From Bispira polyomma (lineage: Eukaryota), in NCBI GenBank assembly GCA_965649765.1, contig OZ287748.1:34906001-34970000 (forward strand): a stretch of DNA of 64,000 nucleotides. Reading direction: 5' to 3'. The position numbers and the translations under genes were made by a program. The notes beneath the pieces were generated by a model that worked only from the letters and a program-made list of their open reading frames with translations, was not told the DNA's origin and ran no database searches. Positions 11,891-25,270 of the stretch are shown here, in pieces. Positions within the stretch are counted from its first letter, which is position 1. Every line of letters begins with the position of its first letter.

Positions 11891-12556
11891 ATTCACAATA
11901 CTATGCACTTGTTATAAAATATAAAACACTTCCAGATAAAAACTAAAACGTATTTCCAAGTATTTCTAAATTTAAAATTTTCTTGATGTTCACTGTTGAA
12001 TGACTTAATTCAATATGGTGGAGTCACCCGGGGAGAAATAAGTAAAAGCAAGGGGGGGGGCCCTAATTGGTTGCCACAAAAGGATAGAGAGAAGAAAGGA
12101 GAGGATACCTAAGTGAGTTAAGGTAGAGTTAAATAAGGAAGGGGGTTTTGGGAACTGAACTATCAGACCCCTATTGGGTCGTGATGTGCAAATGTATGCC
12201 TACTGACATTTATAGACCACAAGTGTCTAAAAACATTTACTGCAAGAAAAATGTTTCTTTCAAATCAATTACTTAGATTTTTATAAATGCCGCAAAATAA
12301 TATTTAGAAAACTGTGAAAAATAATATAATGTTACATCCTACTAATTAAATTATATTAATCATTTAGGTGGCCGCAATAAATTAACTATACATATAAACT
12401 CTAAATCCTAAATTTATATTAGGAAAGGGCATTTTAACCTTTAATCAGCAATATTTAAACTGTAAAAGGGACCCTCTCAATGATATCTACTATTTTTCCA
12501 AGTGTCGTTGAATCCATTGATACCACGCATATTATACATTTAGTCAAAAAATGGTT

Positions 12557-13488
12557 TCAAAGTTTATACCCATATGACATGTTTTTCAAGTAACGGTAAA
12601 TACTCACAGAGATAATCCAATTCCCATCTACCAGGGCAAGCATGACGATTAAGTGGTACCCCTTGTAGTTGAAGTACTCACTCACACCTTTCCTCGGGCA
12701 ACACAGAGCAATGTGCTTACCGTCTATGGCCCCCAGGGCATTGGGAGTGTTCCACGTGTTCCGGAGCATGGACTCAACCTTGTTCTAGTCGTCGGGGCTG
12801 GTGGGGCATGTGAGGAATTCTTCCTGGTACTGGTCAATGATGGCCTGGAAAACTACTGGCACAAACTTGATTATGGTTGACCTGCCCACTACAAACGAGT
12901 ACTGCAGCAAGGTGTAGAACTCCCCAGTGGCCAAATGCTTCAAAGTGAGGTTGAGGCTGTACATACAGTGCTTCCCTTGGCCTTCTTTATCATTTTATCC
13001 TGCCTTTAATGTCCATAATAACCATCATTTGTGCTTGCATGTAGGCAATTACAGCCCTAAGTCCATTTGCTAAAATTATCATTCTTTGTGGAATCATGTT
13101 GATCACTTAACTTCTAATTTAAAACTGTCAAGTTTGAACCCTCGTTTATATAGCATTTGATGAAAACGTTATCGTAACTGGACTGAATCATAACACCCTT
13201 ACGATCTATCTTTTAGATCGGAAGCAATTCCAACAACTTATCTTTACCAACAACTTATCTTTACCAATCGAGGAGGTCGGGAGCAAAAAAATGTGATTGT
13301 GAAGACTAATCCGGCTGATGGTAATGCTAACGACTTATCGGGGCGGTTGTACGACGTATCTTACAGGTCGTGGTGACACATTTTTTCCGCCTTTTTTTTT
13401 CAAAGCAACGTGGGGAAATGCCAATGATTGCTTACGATCGCATAATCAGGGCCTCTCCCCGACTATTTGTGATAGTGAAACAGCACCA
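12557..13488 (-). mobile_element. PIF/Harbinger DNA transposon relic (transposase fragment at about 12600-12960 plus probable 5' terminus)
   Basis: LTLKHLATG...WNTPNALGAIDGKHI..P..G.SEYFNYKGYH.IVMLALVD is characteristic of Harbinger (DDE_Tnp_4) transposases. Subterminal ttacgatc/atcgtaa repeats at 13170-13480. Confidence 0.85.
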
Positions 13489-15518
13489 AAATGTTTGTCA
13501 TAGCTGTACAACCTCAGCATAGATATTACTCGAATCACAATGTCTTGCTAAGCGGCTAGAACCAGCTGTACTTACACTTGAAAAACCATCAGCACCACAT
13601 CATATAACATTACAACCGTAAGCAGCACGTACGAACACAAACATGCAGACGAGGCCCCATGAGTCATAACGTCATAGCTGTGCCACCTCAGCCTAGATGT
13701 AATAACAATCCCCAAAATTTTGCAAACCGACCAGATTCGTCTGTGGTGTGAGCATAATTTTGAGCACTCTGTAGGAGATTTTTCCAAGCAAGAGTTCGTT
13801 AAGAAGTGCATTTGTGCTGATATATTTTTGGGAACACGAACCTCATTCATTACATTCTGAAAATACACTACAATTATTTACTGAATTACTTGCACCAATA
13901 TTATTACACTACATGACATGGGAAGGCAAGATAATAAGGGTGGGAGACAAATTATTGTGATGTTCCTCCTTCAGTTTAAATTACTGCTTTAGCTGGCATA
14001 TGAAAACCAATCAAATTTGGGAACATATTTTTAATGATGGAAGGACAAAGGTCAATACAAGAATAGCCGATTTGTGAGCGGTATAGAAAGATAAATCTAT
14101 TTATATTACACTGGCGTTGTTTTAGACATAATATGCAATAATATACAAATACATATATGAAACATCCAGGCTTAGAAGTCACACTTGTTGCAAGCTAACA
14201 CAAAGAATATAAGCACACTGTTTGATTGTCATTCAGTACACTGCAGAAATATAACCATAAAAATCATACTACGTTAAACAAACATAGGTCATTGAGGAGA
14301 CGCCAGCACGCAGGAGACCTCAGCTTACGAGAGTTCATTAAATTTTTAATTTCAACTGCTTTTGTGCAGTGTTTTATATGCTTTTTTACTTCAAAAATTT
14401 TGCATTATCTGAAAATAGGGAACTTTCCCGCTGGTGGCAAAAAATTCCCATTTTATCATGCATACTAGTGTGCAAGAGGTGAATAACAATAGGTGAATAT
14501 CAAAAACTAGTTAATCAACTCTTAAAGGTATTGATCTTTTGTAAAGTAATTTTAATAACAATGAGCTCCCAATATTTGAAACTATTATCATATTAAGTGT
14601 CACTTAATATATATTCAATGTAACAAAATGCATATAATCTATAGTAATACAATAACCTTTTTTCTGGAACTTAATCTCATTACTGACACATTCTAGGGCA
14701 CAACAATCAAAGCATGTATAGAGGTATTGTATGTATTGATGTGATAGGCAATCTTTCCTTTTACCATATGTAATATAGTAGAAACTTTAAATTTTAGTAA
14801 CAAACTGTCTCAGGCTAAACTGGCAGATAAACTGTGTCCAAATGAGTTAGCAGAGCATGAGAAACAGCTTTGGTGGATTTGTTCAAGGATAGATAACATC
14901 TTACACTTCCCGTAGTCTTTTAGGGGGTCAAAACAGTACCTGAACTTTGTTTAGTAAAGGAAGAGTTCAGTTAAATAAGGCATTCATCTGTGATCAGGTG
15001 AGGGAACACTAGTTGCAGCACATTGACGGCTTCGTTTACGGCTGTTTAAAGCACCGTTATGTCAATGCTTTTGAAGCTAAAACATACCAATGGCAAGAAA
15101 TTAATCTGCCAGTTTGAAAGTAATATGTATGGTTTGTACCAGGTTTGTCCTGGTGCCATAGTGCAATTGTTATTGGGTTCTAGGAATTTTAATTTTCATA
15201 AAACATGCTACAAAAGATATCTGAAGCAAGTAATACCACATAACAATAGAATGGAATATTGAAATAAAAAAAATATATAACAATGTCGTGCAGGATTAAA
15301 CCTTTATTCTGTATCTGTATATGTTTTTATTAAAGTGTAGTCGTGTTGAAGATTTGTTTAGAACTGGGATATATCAGTAGTATAAAATATCTGAATTGGT
15401 ATTACTTAGTTGTATTAGTATATCGGGAAGCCTAGATTAATGGCTACATTTGTCTACTTATTATATATTTCATTCAGACAAAGGAGTGCAATTTTGTGAT
15501 ATCCAAAAATGTAAAAAT

Positions 15519-16094
15519 GTGGTCACACTGAGCTTATGCTTCGCTTAAGCATGAAAAATGGCTAACATAAGGTAAAACATAGTGAACGGAAGTAAAACGG
15601 AGTAAACGGAAGTAACAGAAGTAAACATAAAGAAAAGGTGGTACCTCAAGTTTTGTTATCTCCTGCTTTTAAAAAAATTTTCGGACTGCTCAAAATCTTT
15701 TACGTTTTTAGCCGTTTGCTGCAAAAAATTCTGAAAATGGGTGGTGCGTTCGCGGCAAACGTATGAAACGTATTCAATGCGTATTTGACATGAAGAGCGG
15801 TAGTAAAACGAACTATACCTACACATAATATTAGGGCACGGAGAACGAAAATGAAACAGGTTTACAAACGTTAAAAACGAGAACGAGACTGAAACGGGTT
15901 TAGAAGCGTGACTGACGTAGTTTTAAAACGTGGCTAACAAGGCCAAAACTGTAGCCAAAGAGGCTCATATATTATTAAAACGTGGCTAACGAGGTAAACA
16001 TAATTGAAAAAGCTAATAAAACGTATTAAATGTGTGTACAAACGTGTACAGTTTCGTACTGAACGTGTACAAAACAGCCCAGTGTGACCACGGC
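15519..16094. mobile_element. Non-autonomous DNA transposon (MITE, probably Harbinger-type)
   Basis: TIRs gtggtcacactg(a)gc at 15519 and gc(c)cagtgtgaccac ending at 16091. Interior rich in aaacgt/aaacgg repeats. Confidence 0.7.
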
Positions 16095-18645
16095 ATAGCT
16101 AGTAGTCGGGTTTATGGAAGGGAAGGTTAAACCATAGGGGTCTCTAAATAAGAGTCTGCAGATACGGTTGTATTAAAAGCTTGACTTTGAGGCAAACTCA
16201 AATCAATTGTAACATGCCTAAATTTCACCTGTTCCCTAGTCATTAAGGTATACACTCCTTTTAGTGATTTCACAAAGGTTTATGTTTTTCTAAGTATACT
16301 TCCATATGGGTAGGATAATTAATTGCAGATTATGATTTTGTTGATCAGATTTTAACAAGGCCGTATTATTAACATCTAAGGGAAGCCATGGTAATTAAGC
16401 TCAATCAGTTGGGGATTCCAATAGGTTTTCAAACGCCTTTCATAAGCATTAATGTTTAACTGGTTATGGATAGGAATTCTGCATTGTAGGAAGTTGAAAT
16501 TACTACGTCAACAGTTTCAGTTTTAAAACAGGTTTTTCTGCAAGGTAACCAAACTCCACACTGATCATGCCAGATGGAGTTTTGTACAGAAAGACTGACC
16601 ACCCTCTCTCAGCCAATCACCGGCTACCACATGTTAACATCCCACATCACCCCGCTTTCTAGCCCTATCACAAACTGCCACATGCTTGCATCAGCAAACC
16701 ATGTTAACCATATTAAATACTTTTCAATATCAACTAAAAGGCCAAACCAATCCAGTGTACAAATAATGACATACACCTTTAATCCCTGGTATCAACTGAC
16801 CCGTGGTTAAGACCACAATCAATAAGGAGATTCAAATGGGTTTTCCCATCAGGCCTTGCAGGAATCAGCACAGTACATTCCCTTTAACCTTTGGATCTAG
16901 CTGGTGAAATGTATATGTGTGCCCATACCAAGAACTTGTCACAAGTGTTCTCAAAATAAAACTGATATTAAATATATGATGAGTTAAACATTGTAAATAA
17001 TAGTACAAGTTAAAATGTTATTCAAGTGAATAAAAAAGAAGGTTGAGAGGGAGGACAAAAAGTGCTCTTATTTGTCGGCTAACTAAAACACTGCACTACC
17101 CTAAATGCAAGATTTATCAAAAAAAATCATTTACAGGCCCACACTACACAGGTCATGTTAGTTTTAACAAAATCTCACACAAGATTACCCCACTGAAAAC
17201 TCAGGGTTTGAACATATGTCAATAAGTCCCTGTATATGTAAGCAGAGTTAAGTTAAATGAAATATGGCTGCTTCTTCTAATTCAGAGCTGAAAATGTTTA
17301 TTCCATACACACATACTACCATCTAGCCTTCATTTGAGTTGAGTCTGAGCTTGAGTTTCTTTGGAGAATACCGGTCCAGATTGTATACCAATAACACTAA
17401 AATATTAACTACTTCCCTTTAATGAGACTCACTGTCTGTTAAACATTAAACAAAGTATGGTCCTCCCCACGTGGAGGGATTACTCTAGTCACTAGAAGGC
17501 CTTAACCTCCATTGTACCAAGGTTTCTCAGAGACTCTCTGCTGAGGGCAGATGCAACCATGTGGATTCCCTTGTGTAGTCAGATACAAGTGATATGCCGG
17601 CTTATTTGATAATATCATCAGGATGTCTGTTGATTACTGTACACAGAGTACCAAGGTGATTGATACACTTGTGTTAGAGGATCGACACTTATTTGCAGTT
17701 GAAGTGTATAACCTAATCTCAATTTAAGATCAATTTTAAATTAGTCTAGAGTCGTTTGTGCTTTGTTTGTTAATATTTTGTGCTTTATGTGTTAATATTA
17801 AGGCTATTATTCCTGTCATCTGAAAATATTTAATCACTGTTACGTGTATTATATAAAACTTATATAATGTAATTTCTGATTTAGTTTTTCTTTCAGATAC
17901 ATGCATTTATGTGTATTGTCCATGGCTAACGACTAAATATTTACTGTATAAATGCATAACACCTATTTATTTTTATATCGCATGATTTATAGTCGAATTA
18001 AGTATAGTCAAAAATATTTGTCACAGATAAAAGGACATTTACAAAGTCATCTGCCTCCGTTTCCTTGTCATCACTTTATTACAAGTCCATATGCTAATAT
18101 AAAAATAGCAAAGCTAAATTCAAGATGGCTGACAGTTTATTACATAAAACAGAAATCTTAAAAGCTTTGTCTCGTAAATAAATTTGAAAATTAATCTCTG
18201 ATTTGCTATGTCGAATACAGTTAAATTTTACTGTGACTTTTTTAAACAGTTAATCTAATATAATTTAAATCATATTTTTTTGTTAAATGAGTTGATTATA
18301 TAGAAATAAATAAATAAAGGTAATGCAACTTACGAATGTATAAGTTTCACCAAAATGAACTTACACTTGTAAGTTTGCAAGAGTAGTTAAATTAAGTGAA
18401 GCCAAAGGCTTACTTTGCTATTTGAGGGGAAGATTATCCAATTTGTTTCTGTGTAATAAGATATTTGGTTATGTCAATAGTAGCTTTTATCTGGCAAGAA
18501 AGGCTGTAATGAATATCTGGTTGGTATATATTTGACAATATAGAGACAATAATTGAGATGACAATTTAATTTTTTGAGAAATATTAAATATATTTAGTTC
18601 TTATATGAATAATATGTGGAAACGTTGCTTTTGCAGTCCACAAAT

Positions 18646-18777
18646 CATGACCAACTGCCTTGATTTACATGACCAACTGCTTTCATTTACATGATCAACT
18701 GCCTTGATTTACATGACCAACTGCTTTCATTTACATGACCAACTGCCTTGATTTACATGACCAACTGCTTTGATTTA
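18646..18777. repeat. 22-bp minisatellite, about 6 copies
   Basis: catgaccaactgc(c/t)tt(g/c)attta repeated with alternating variants. Confidence 0.9.
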
Positions 18778-18946
18778 CAAAAAAAACTGCCTGCCGTGAT
18801 GTAATAATATATATATACTAAAATTGATGTTAAACCTGAACTAAATATATATTTCATGTTATTATTATGAATTTGTTTTATTGTTCATCATTGACAACAA
18901 TTATCCAATATAAAAGTTCTTGCTAAAAGTTCTAACAATAGACATC

Positions 18947-19860
18947 AGGGGCTGGTTTCTTAATTAAGTATGAAAGGTAGTCCAGTCTTTAAAGGGTAGT
19001 TCCACAATCAGGATTTGGTTCCCGACCTTCCCGACTTTGTGATCAATAACAGAAAAAGCAGCGAAACCTATTGGTTGGGGGTGAAAACGGGGGTGGTCGG
19101 GAAGGTCGTGAAGAATATCAAACATGTTTGATATTTTGTAAAAGGTCCCCGACTTCAGTCCTGGACCTTCAAAAACGTATAGGTAGGCTTTGGCGAATAA
19201 GTTTGATCCTATTAGCAATGCGTTCTGTCGGATATGTCTTAATATCACTCCAGGCCTGTCCTAACACTGGCCCGTCGAAATGTATAGGTCGAGGGGCGAA
19301 AACGGGGTGATCTGGAAGGTCAGGAAGAATATATGTATGAAGACACATATTTAAGCCTATTTATTTTGTCAGTCCTGATAACGGAAATCAGTTTAATAGT
19401 TGTTTACCTTTGCAACATCAAACAACTTCTGGTGCAGTATATGAACGATAATTATTTGCTGTTATTTATAAGAAACTTTCATTTCATCGAAAATGAGGTC
19501 TAAACAGGTATTATTTCTTCTATTTTAGTTGCAATAAGGCCATTTTGTCAGTCATTTTTACCATAATCGTCCTGACTTTGACTTTTTATACGTTCGATCT
19601 TGATGGTCTGGGTGGTGAATCTGTCATATCCTATTGGCGAAACGTTCGATCCTAGGGCGATACATCAGATCCTATCACCAGTAAGTTCAATCCTAACCTG
19701 GTTCAAGTAACATTGGGGTCAGCGTCCCGTTCGATTGGGAAGGTCGCCCCACATTTTAATTTTCCCGCCCAAAAAGGATCCCCGACCTTCCCGACTTTAA
19801 AATTGGGCCCATTTTGCCAATTGAACTTGAATGTGGGATTACCACTTCAGAAAGGTGACT
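18947..19860. mobile_element. Probable non-autonomous DNA element with internal direct/inverted motifs
   Basis: CpG-rich island in AT-rich DNA. cccgaccttcccgacttt at 19021 and 19781. aaacgggg..tc(g/t)ggaaggtc..gaagaatat at about 19085 and 19300. Confidence 0.4.
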
Positions 19861-20694
19861 TAGCAAAGTTAGACAAAGTTAAGAGAAAAGTGTTAATTGA
19901 AGTTATTAAACTTTTAAAATGTCATCATTTGGTTTTTTTCATACTATGAGCTCTGTATTATGCTTAGGATTTCCAGCATTTCAATGTCAATATAAAAATT
20001 TAAATTTCATTAAAACAAAGTAAGATACAAATCTATGTTAAAATGATCATTATTTAAACAAAATATTTTTTTTTGCAATTTTTCAAGTAAAATATATTTG
20101 AACACACTAGAGAAAATATTATATAAAAAAGATATCTGTTTTTTCAATTTTACCACTTAGAATATTATGCAGGGTATTACTGAAAGAAAGTGAATGAGCA
20201 CTAACAAAGCTTCACATCAGCACCATTTCCCCATTACATCATTGTCAACTTTCTGTGCCATTAACCTAATTAGTTCGCCTCAACATTTTACAAAAGCCCC
20301 CTTTTTATGTTTGCCCTTAGTACTTAAAAGCCACCACAGAGAAAAACACACACTGTAATTCCTCATTTATATGAGCTTTCAGACTTTTTATATCTTCATA
20401 GCTGTAAGCTACAGCATGATCTTAGGTGCTTAGTTTATACACATAGTTGATAATTACCCGCATTTGCTAGACTTCAAATCACATCCCACCTCCAGAGTTA
20501 AGATTTGTTCTTGTTGTTTATAAGAAGTATAAGAATATAAGAAGTAGATATATAAAAGAAGCATATAGACTCACAGAAGTAAAAAGTCAGTAAAGAGTTG
20601 CGGGGTATACAAAATAGACTAGCTTGTATAGTGATTAGTGCTTCCAGATTCTCACATATCTCTTCTAGTCCCGCTATTGTCAACTGTAGCTAGA

Positions 20695-21080
20695 ACCAGA
20701 CAAACGGCAGCATCAGTGGTGCCTCATACCTTTGCCTCAGCCATTCCTTTAGTTGGGCTTGGGGCTTAAAATTTCTGAATTTTAACCATTTTACACTTGT
20801 TTCTCTGTACATACACCATTAACATGTATATAAATACAAGCTCTAACGGAACCGTTTTACTGACTTACTCAAACATCACACTTGATCTAATACCTTGATT
20901 ACTTATCATTTAAACTGGAACTTATACCTTATAACTTAAGTGGACTGTGCACAGCAGGCCCCTTTAGGGGACTGATAGTTCAGTCCACTCACAAACCCCT
21001 TATTCCACTTCACAACCTTAATTTCGGTTATACCAACAATATATGTAAGAATTTACTGGGCTACTAGCCAATCACAGCCC
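20695..21080 (+). mobile_element. 3' fragment of another YR retrotransposon (YR C-terminal tail, 3' UTR, end/start junction hairpin)
   Basis: AASVVPHTFASAIP + tttagttgggcttggggc matches the YR tails at about 7070-7110, 27585-27640 and 58680-58740. 20939-20989 resembles the terminal motif at 12150-12192. Confidence 0.75.
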
Positions 21081-22588
21081 ACACTGTCACAAGGTATTTG
21101 ACGTCTAAGAGTATCCTTGGAGGGTTCAATTGTGTTAATGCTGTGTAAAGGATTACTTTATGTACACATACAGAAAGGCGAAGGTAGACTCTGGGGCTCT
21201 ATGATTACTACTGAGAGTTTAAGGAGATCTATCTACACAGAACGGATTGATTCACTGCAATTGGCCAGAGAAAGGTTTTTACCACCAGTATCATCATTTT
21301 TGGATTTTTGTCGCTGTCTAATTTAACATGTTAGAATTTCCCATGTTCCCATTCATGTAGGAATTTTAATCTTTAGCAGTGTTGTATAATTAATTTTATA
21401 TAATTGATGAATTATTTAGAAGCAAACATTCTATTTACATATAAATTATTTCTACCATTATTCTTGGGGTAAGTACATTTTGACTGGTTTAAGAACCATT
21501 TAATAGCAAGCTAATTCTGGGCTTTTTCCTAATTTAAAATCTGGGCTGCTATTTGCACAGATTCTAATTATTAATGTTTGTCTCAAAGCAAATTAAATGG
21601 CTAAAAAGATATGTCAAACAATTTAATTTTCTGAGACTTAGAAATTTCAAAGATTACCAATTTTAGTTTACTTGTGGATAAAGCTCCTGGTCTTTAAAAT
21701 AGAGCTTGAACGTTTAAATGTGTCAGTAAAAGTGATTTATCCAAAGGCTACACAACCAAGTTAAGATATACTCTTTAGACCACCACCAAGTCAAGGTCTC
21801 TGGAAAATTGTCTCAATACACACAGAATGTCAAGGAACTTTGTCTGGAACAATTGCCCAATTAGGGAGTGGCAAAGTGACAGTTTAACACTGATAAAGAT
21901 AGCAAAATGGTCCCTGTCACTGGGAGATGCAATTAATCAAAAGCGACAAGCAGATTTTATAAAAAAAAGATTATTTTTCAAACAAAGGGTTAGATTGGTC
22001 TCTTAAAAATTGTCCGTCAGGGAGATAATAGATGCTAAAAAATTTATCAATAAAGTAAATGTCAGGACGCATTTGATTTAATGGATGCATGCGAGACATT
22101 ATTACTAAGACAGTATTCCAGTATGATAAGCGTATATTATAGTTTTGCTTACAAGTGTTACTCCTGCTCTCAATTCTGCTCTCAATTCTCTTAGGCCAAT
22201 TTCCACATTAATCTGTCTTAACTAGGTTTAAATTGTTTGTTGGGATGTTTCTTTTGATCTTTTGCTTCTCCTTCCTTTTTTTAATGTGGCAGCTGTTTTA
22301 AGCTGTGATGTTTCCATTTTCAGTTTTCTTTTGTTTTACTTAAGTAGCAGCATAATGAAAACATCAAACCAAAATGTATAAATATAATAGATAAACAAAG
22401 CTGATGGTCTGGCACAAAATATAGTAATTTTACTAGTTTTATTACGAAGCCCATCTGTGGTCAAGTTGATATGACTTATACAATGATTACTTCAGTGATA
22501 AAAGATAACATTCTTTCGGTGTGAGTGCAGTGCTTGCTGTATGTGTCTAATCTCTAGTACAGTGGGGTAGGATAGTTATGATGATTAA

Positions 22589-23466
22589 GGCTTTAGTGAC
22601 GTAAACACAAAAAACGATCGCCGATAACCACGTTATGTGTGCTTGGGCTTCTCAGAAACTGCACAACTTTTTCTTTGTGGCCTCAAACTCGATTTATGGA
22701 TAACATAATTACATTTTCATGAGTGGAAATGATAAAGAATGACATATATTTAAATTATATACTAATTCATATATTTAACATATCATTTTAATGGGTATCT
22801 TAAGACATACAATACATGTAGTAGTGTGTAAAATTTTAACTAAAATGGGTAATATTTTTAAAGTACATGGTTCACAATCGTGACACAATTCATTTACCAA
22901 AAAGGGATCAATACTGAAGTATTGTATATGACTAGAAAAAGAAAAACAACAGCAATATTTTAAATGAATTAGTTTTTTAATAAAAGCAAAAAAATGGGAA
23001 TAATTTTAGAAAAAAATTTAAGTTACACTCTCCCAAATAGAAAGATACTTTGTATACTTTGTTTATATAACACAAGGAGACATATTTAAAAATGTAATTC
23101 ATTCAAAACAATATACACGTTTTTTAAAGTTGTGTAGCCTATATAATATCTTCATATATGCTGGATCAATACTTGTATTGTGTCACAATAGAAGGGGTTG
23201 TCTGCGAGAATTGTTTACAAATATGACGTTCGACCATAGAGTTTAAATTGTGTGACGTCACAATACAATAATTGTTATATGTGTGTTTTAACCACTTTTC
23301 AACAAAATAGTGAACTTTTAAATGGTATTAGTATGTAAAACTGCTTAAAACTGTCACTAAAGACCTATTTTAAGGCTGCCATAGTGGGTACTTATGGTTA
23401 AAATATTTTCGTAAGTGCAGTATATATATACAGGCTGCGCATTTGTGTGTTTACGTTACTAAAGCC
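22589..23466. mobile_element. Non-autonomous TTAA-specific DNA transposon (Kolobok-like)
   Basis: 21-bp TIR ggctttagt(g/a)acgtaaacaca. TTAA TSD at 22585-22588 and 23467-23470. The empty site gatgattaacattat is in the paralog at about 37796-37810. Purine (GG) terminus fits Kolobok rather than piggyBac. Confidence 0.85.
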
Positions 23467-24834
23467 TTAACATTATAAAAACATTAGTGTCATATTTTAC
23501 AACAATATAAAGATATATTGTGTGTGTTTTTATGGCAGAGCATATACACCATTGCCATTGGGCTCACAGGTATTACCTGTCCGGAAAAGCTTCTTAGGTG
23601 ATAGATTATTAAAGACAACAATTGATGGAACTTTGCACATATTGTTTTGCCTTTTAAGCCTTAAAAATATTTTTTAATGTCCTACGTAAAAGTCATATGA
23701 TAACATAGCAATCTCTTTTTGGTATATTAGACAAAACTATTTTGCGCTAGAACATGATATTCACATTAAAAAGCATATTATGGCGATTTTTAAGAAGATT
23801 TTTTTACTTCTGTGTGTCAGTTGCCTTTAATTACCCTTTCAAACCACAATCCAAACCATAAATTAATTATGAAAAGAGACACTTGATCGATAGACAAAAA
23901 GATGAAACAGGTTAATTGTACTCGGATGGAACAGGTTGCAGTGACTTAAAATGAGGATTGTACTGCTGTGATTTTATTTACTTGTCATTTTAATATACAA
24001 ATTTAGCATCACTAATAAAAGAACAGATTAAGAAACATCATTAAATAAATCATTTTGCAACATCTAGTGAAGCTAGCTATGTATGTCTAACTTGTTTTAA
24101 AACCATTAAAACTTTTGCTGAAGATCAGAGAGTATGGTGTATCAAATTAAGTCAGATCTGGAATCTAGGAAGTTATCTTAAGCTTCTGATTGTCACATAC
24201 CAAAAACACAATACACCCATTAGGTGCTTTTATACTCCACTCTTTTTTTTGTCAGTTTTGCCCGATTTTATCCTTGAAATACCCCAGACCTGTAAAGACC
24301 TATTTTAACATCTGATTAGCAGACAAAATACTGAATGACAGCTGATTCAAATCACTTAAACTTTAGAGTACTACACTTCCATAACTAGCTTTGTTAACAT
24401 TTGCATTCTGTTAAACATTGATTCATTGCAATGAATTTTGGGGCACTAAAAACTCTGAGCTTTTGATACAACTACAGCGATAATATGACTTTCATACTTT
24501 AAAAATAAGCTTTGGTACTAAATGAGAACATTCCCTCATAACAACTTATGAAACACATCATTAACTTGCAAAGCTTCCTGGATGAGCTTCCTGTCACTTC
24601 TAAGGAATAAACACATTAAGCCATTCTTATGTGCCAGTGGCATGTCCTTATTTTGTCACTTAAATAACAGGGTCTATAATATTCCACATGTCTGAGACAA
24701 TTATCTTTATAAAGTGACTGATTATGTAGGATATACACATTAATATCTTGTATTCAATCTTTTTTTTTTTTACTTTTAATGTATTGTTTTCATATTACTG
24801 TAAAATACCACAAGAGGACCTAACTCATGGTTTT

Positions 24835-24953
24835 AAAAAAACACTTTGCAATTTCCACGGACTTAATGATTGCACTAATGATTCTGCTGTTGCGCTTTAG
24901 AAGATGCCTAGCATCAATAAAGCGCGTTAAAAATCCATAATAATAATAATAAT
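24835..24953 (+). mobile_element. 5'-truncated 3' tail of an L2-type LINE
   Basis: Reverse-complement homology to 42523-42630. Ends in (taa)n. Absent from the paralog at about 39030. Confidence 0.7.
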
Positions 24954-25034
24954 TGCGCTAAATTGGTGACAATTTCTCTTTTAAAGGCTTTTATTCACAA
25001 TAAAATATCATGAATCTAACAAACCATTAAGGTC

Positions 25035-25270
25035 GGCGCCTTGGTGGTGTGGATAACACTTTCAACTTCTACCTTTGTGTTTGTGGGTTTAAATCACGAC
25101 CCTGGTATGTGTTTGGGAAAAGATTCTAGTGGACTTACTAAAGGCAGTTGCTTAATGGTTTACAGTTCAAAAAACATGACCAAGTATCCCATTCTGAGAC
25201 ACTCCACAAATATGCCTATGAAGACACAATTACAGCTGATGAAGCGATGCCAAATCAAGATCAAATGAAC
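25035..25270 (+). mobile_element. Decayed SINE-like insertion shared by paralogous blocks (also about 39050-39230 and 43260-43450)
   Basis: Degenerate A box (tggtggtgtgg) and B box (gggtttaaatc). Same position in three paralogs. Confidence 0.5.

Larger units (their letters stand above)
6884..12192 (-). mobile_element. Near full-length tyrosine-recombinase retrotransposon (DIRS order, Ngaro-like), mildly decayed
   Basis: Order gag - RT/RNase H - YR, with no methyltransferase domain after RNase H. An 11-bp inverted repeat (tcagttcccaa 6883-6893 / ttgggaactga 12148-12158) marks the ends. The 5' end is shared with the copy at 1-727 and the 3' end motif with the copy at 27420. Confidence 0.93.

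Noticed and set aside
7455-11924. Plus-strand ORFs overlapping the YR retroelement
   Set aside because: Short antisense shadows of the minus-strand coding frames, with no motifs.
12150-12192. Hammerhead ribozyme in the terminal hairpin (CUGAUAG)
   Set aside because: The core needs CUGANGA plus GAAA and three stems. These are not present, and the CUGA is not conserved in the third family.
13690-13750. USP Cys-box-like peptide LVGLQNFGDCYY in an alternative frame
   Set aside because: Wrong spacing to the catalytic Cys and flanked by stops; probably chance.
17950-18600. Possible L1/Tx1 LINE relic
   Set aside because: Too degenerate to support with clear motifs.
18646-18777. CRISPR-like array
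   Set aside because: Contiguous 22-bp units with no unique spacers, in eukaryotic context; this is a minisatellite.
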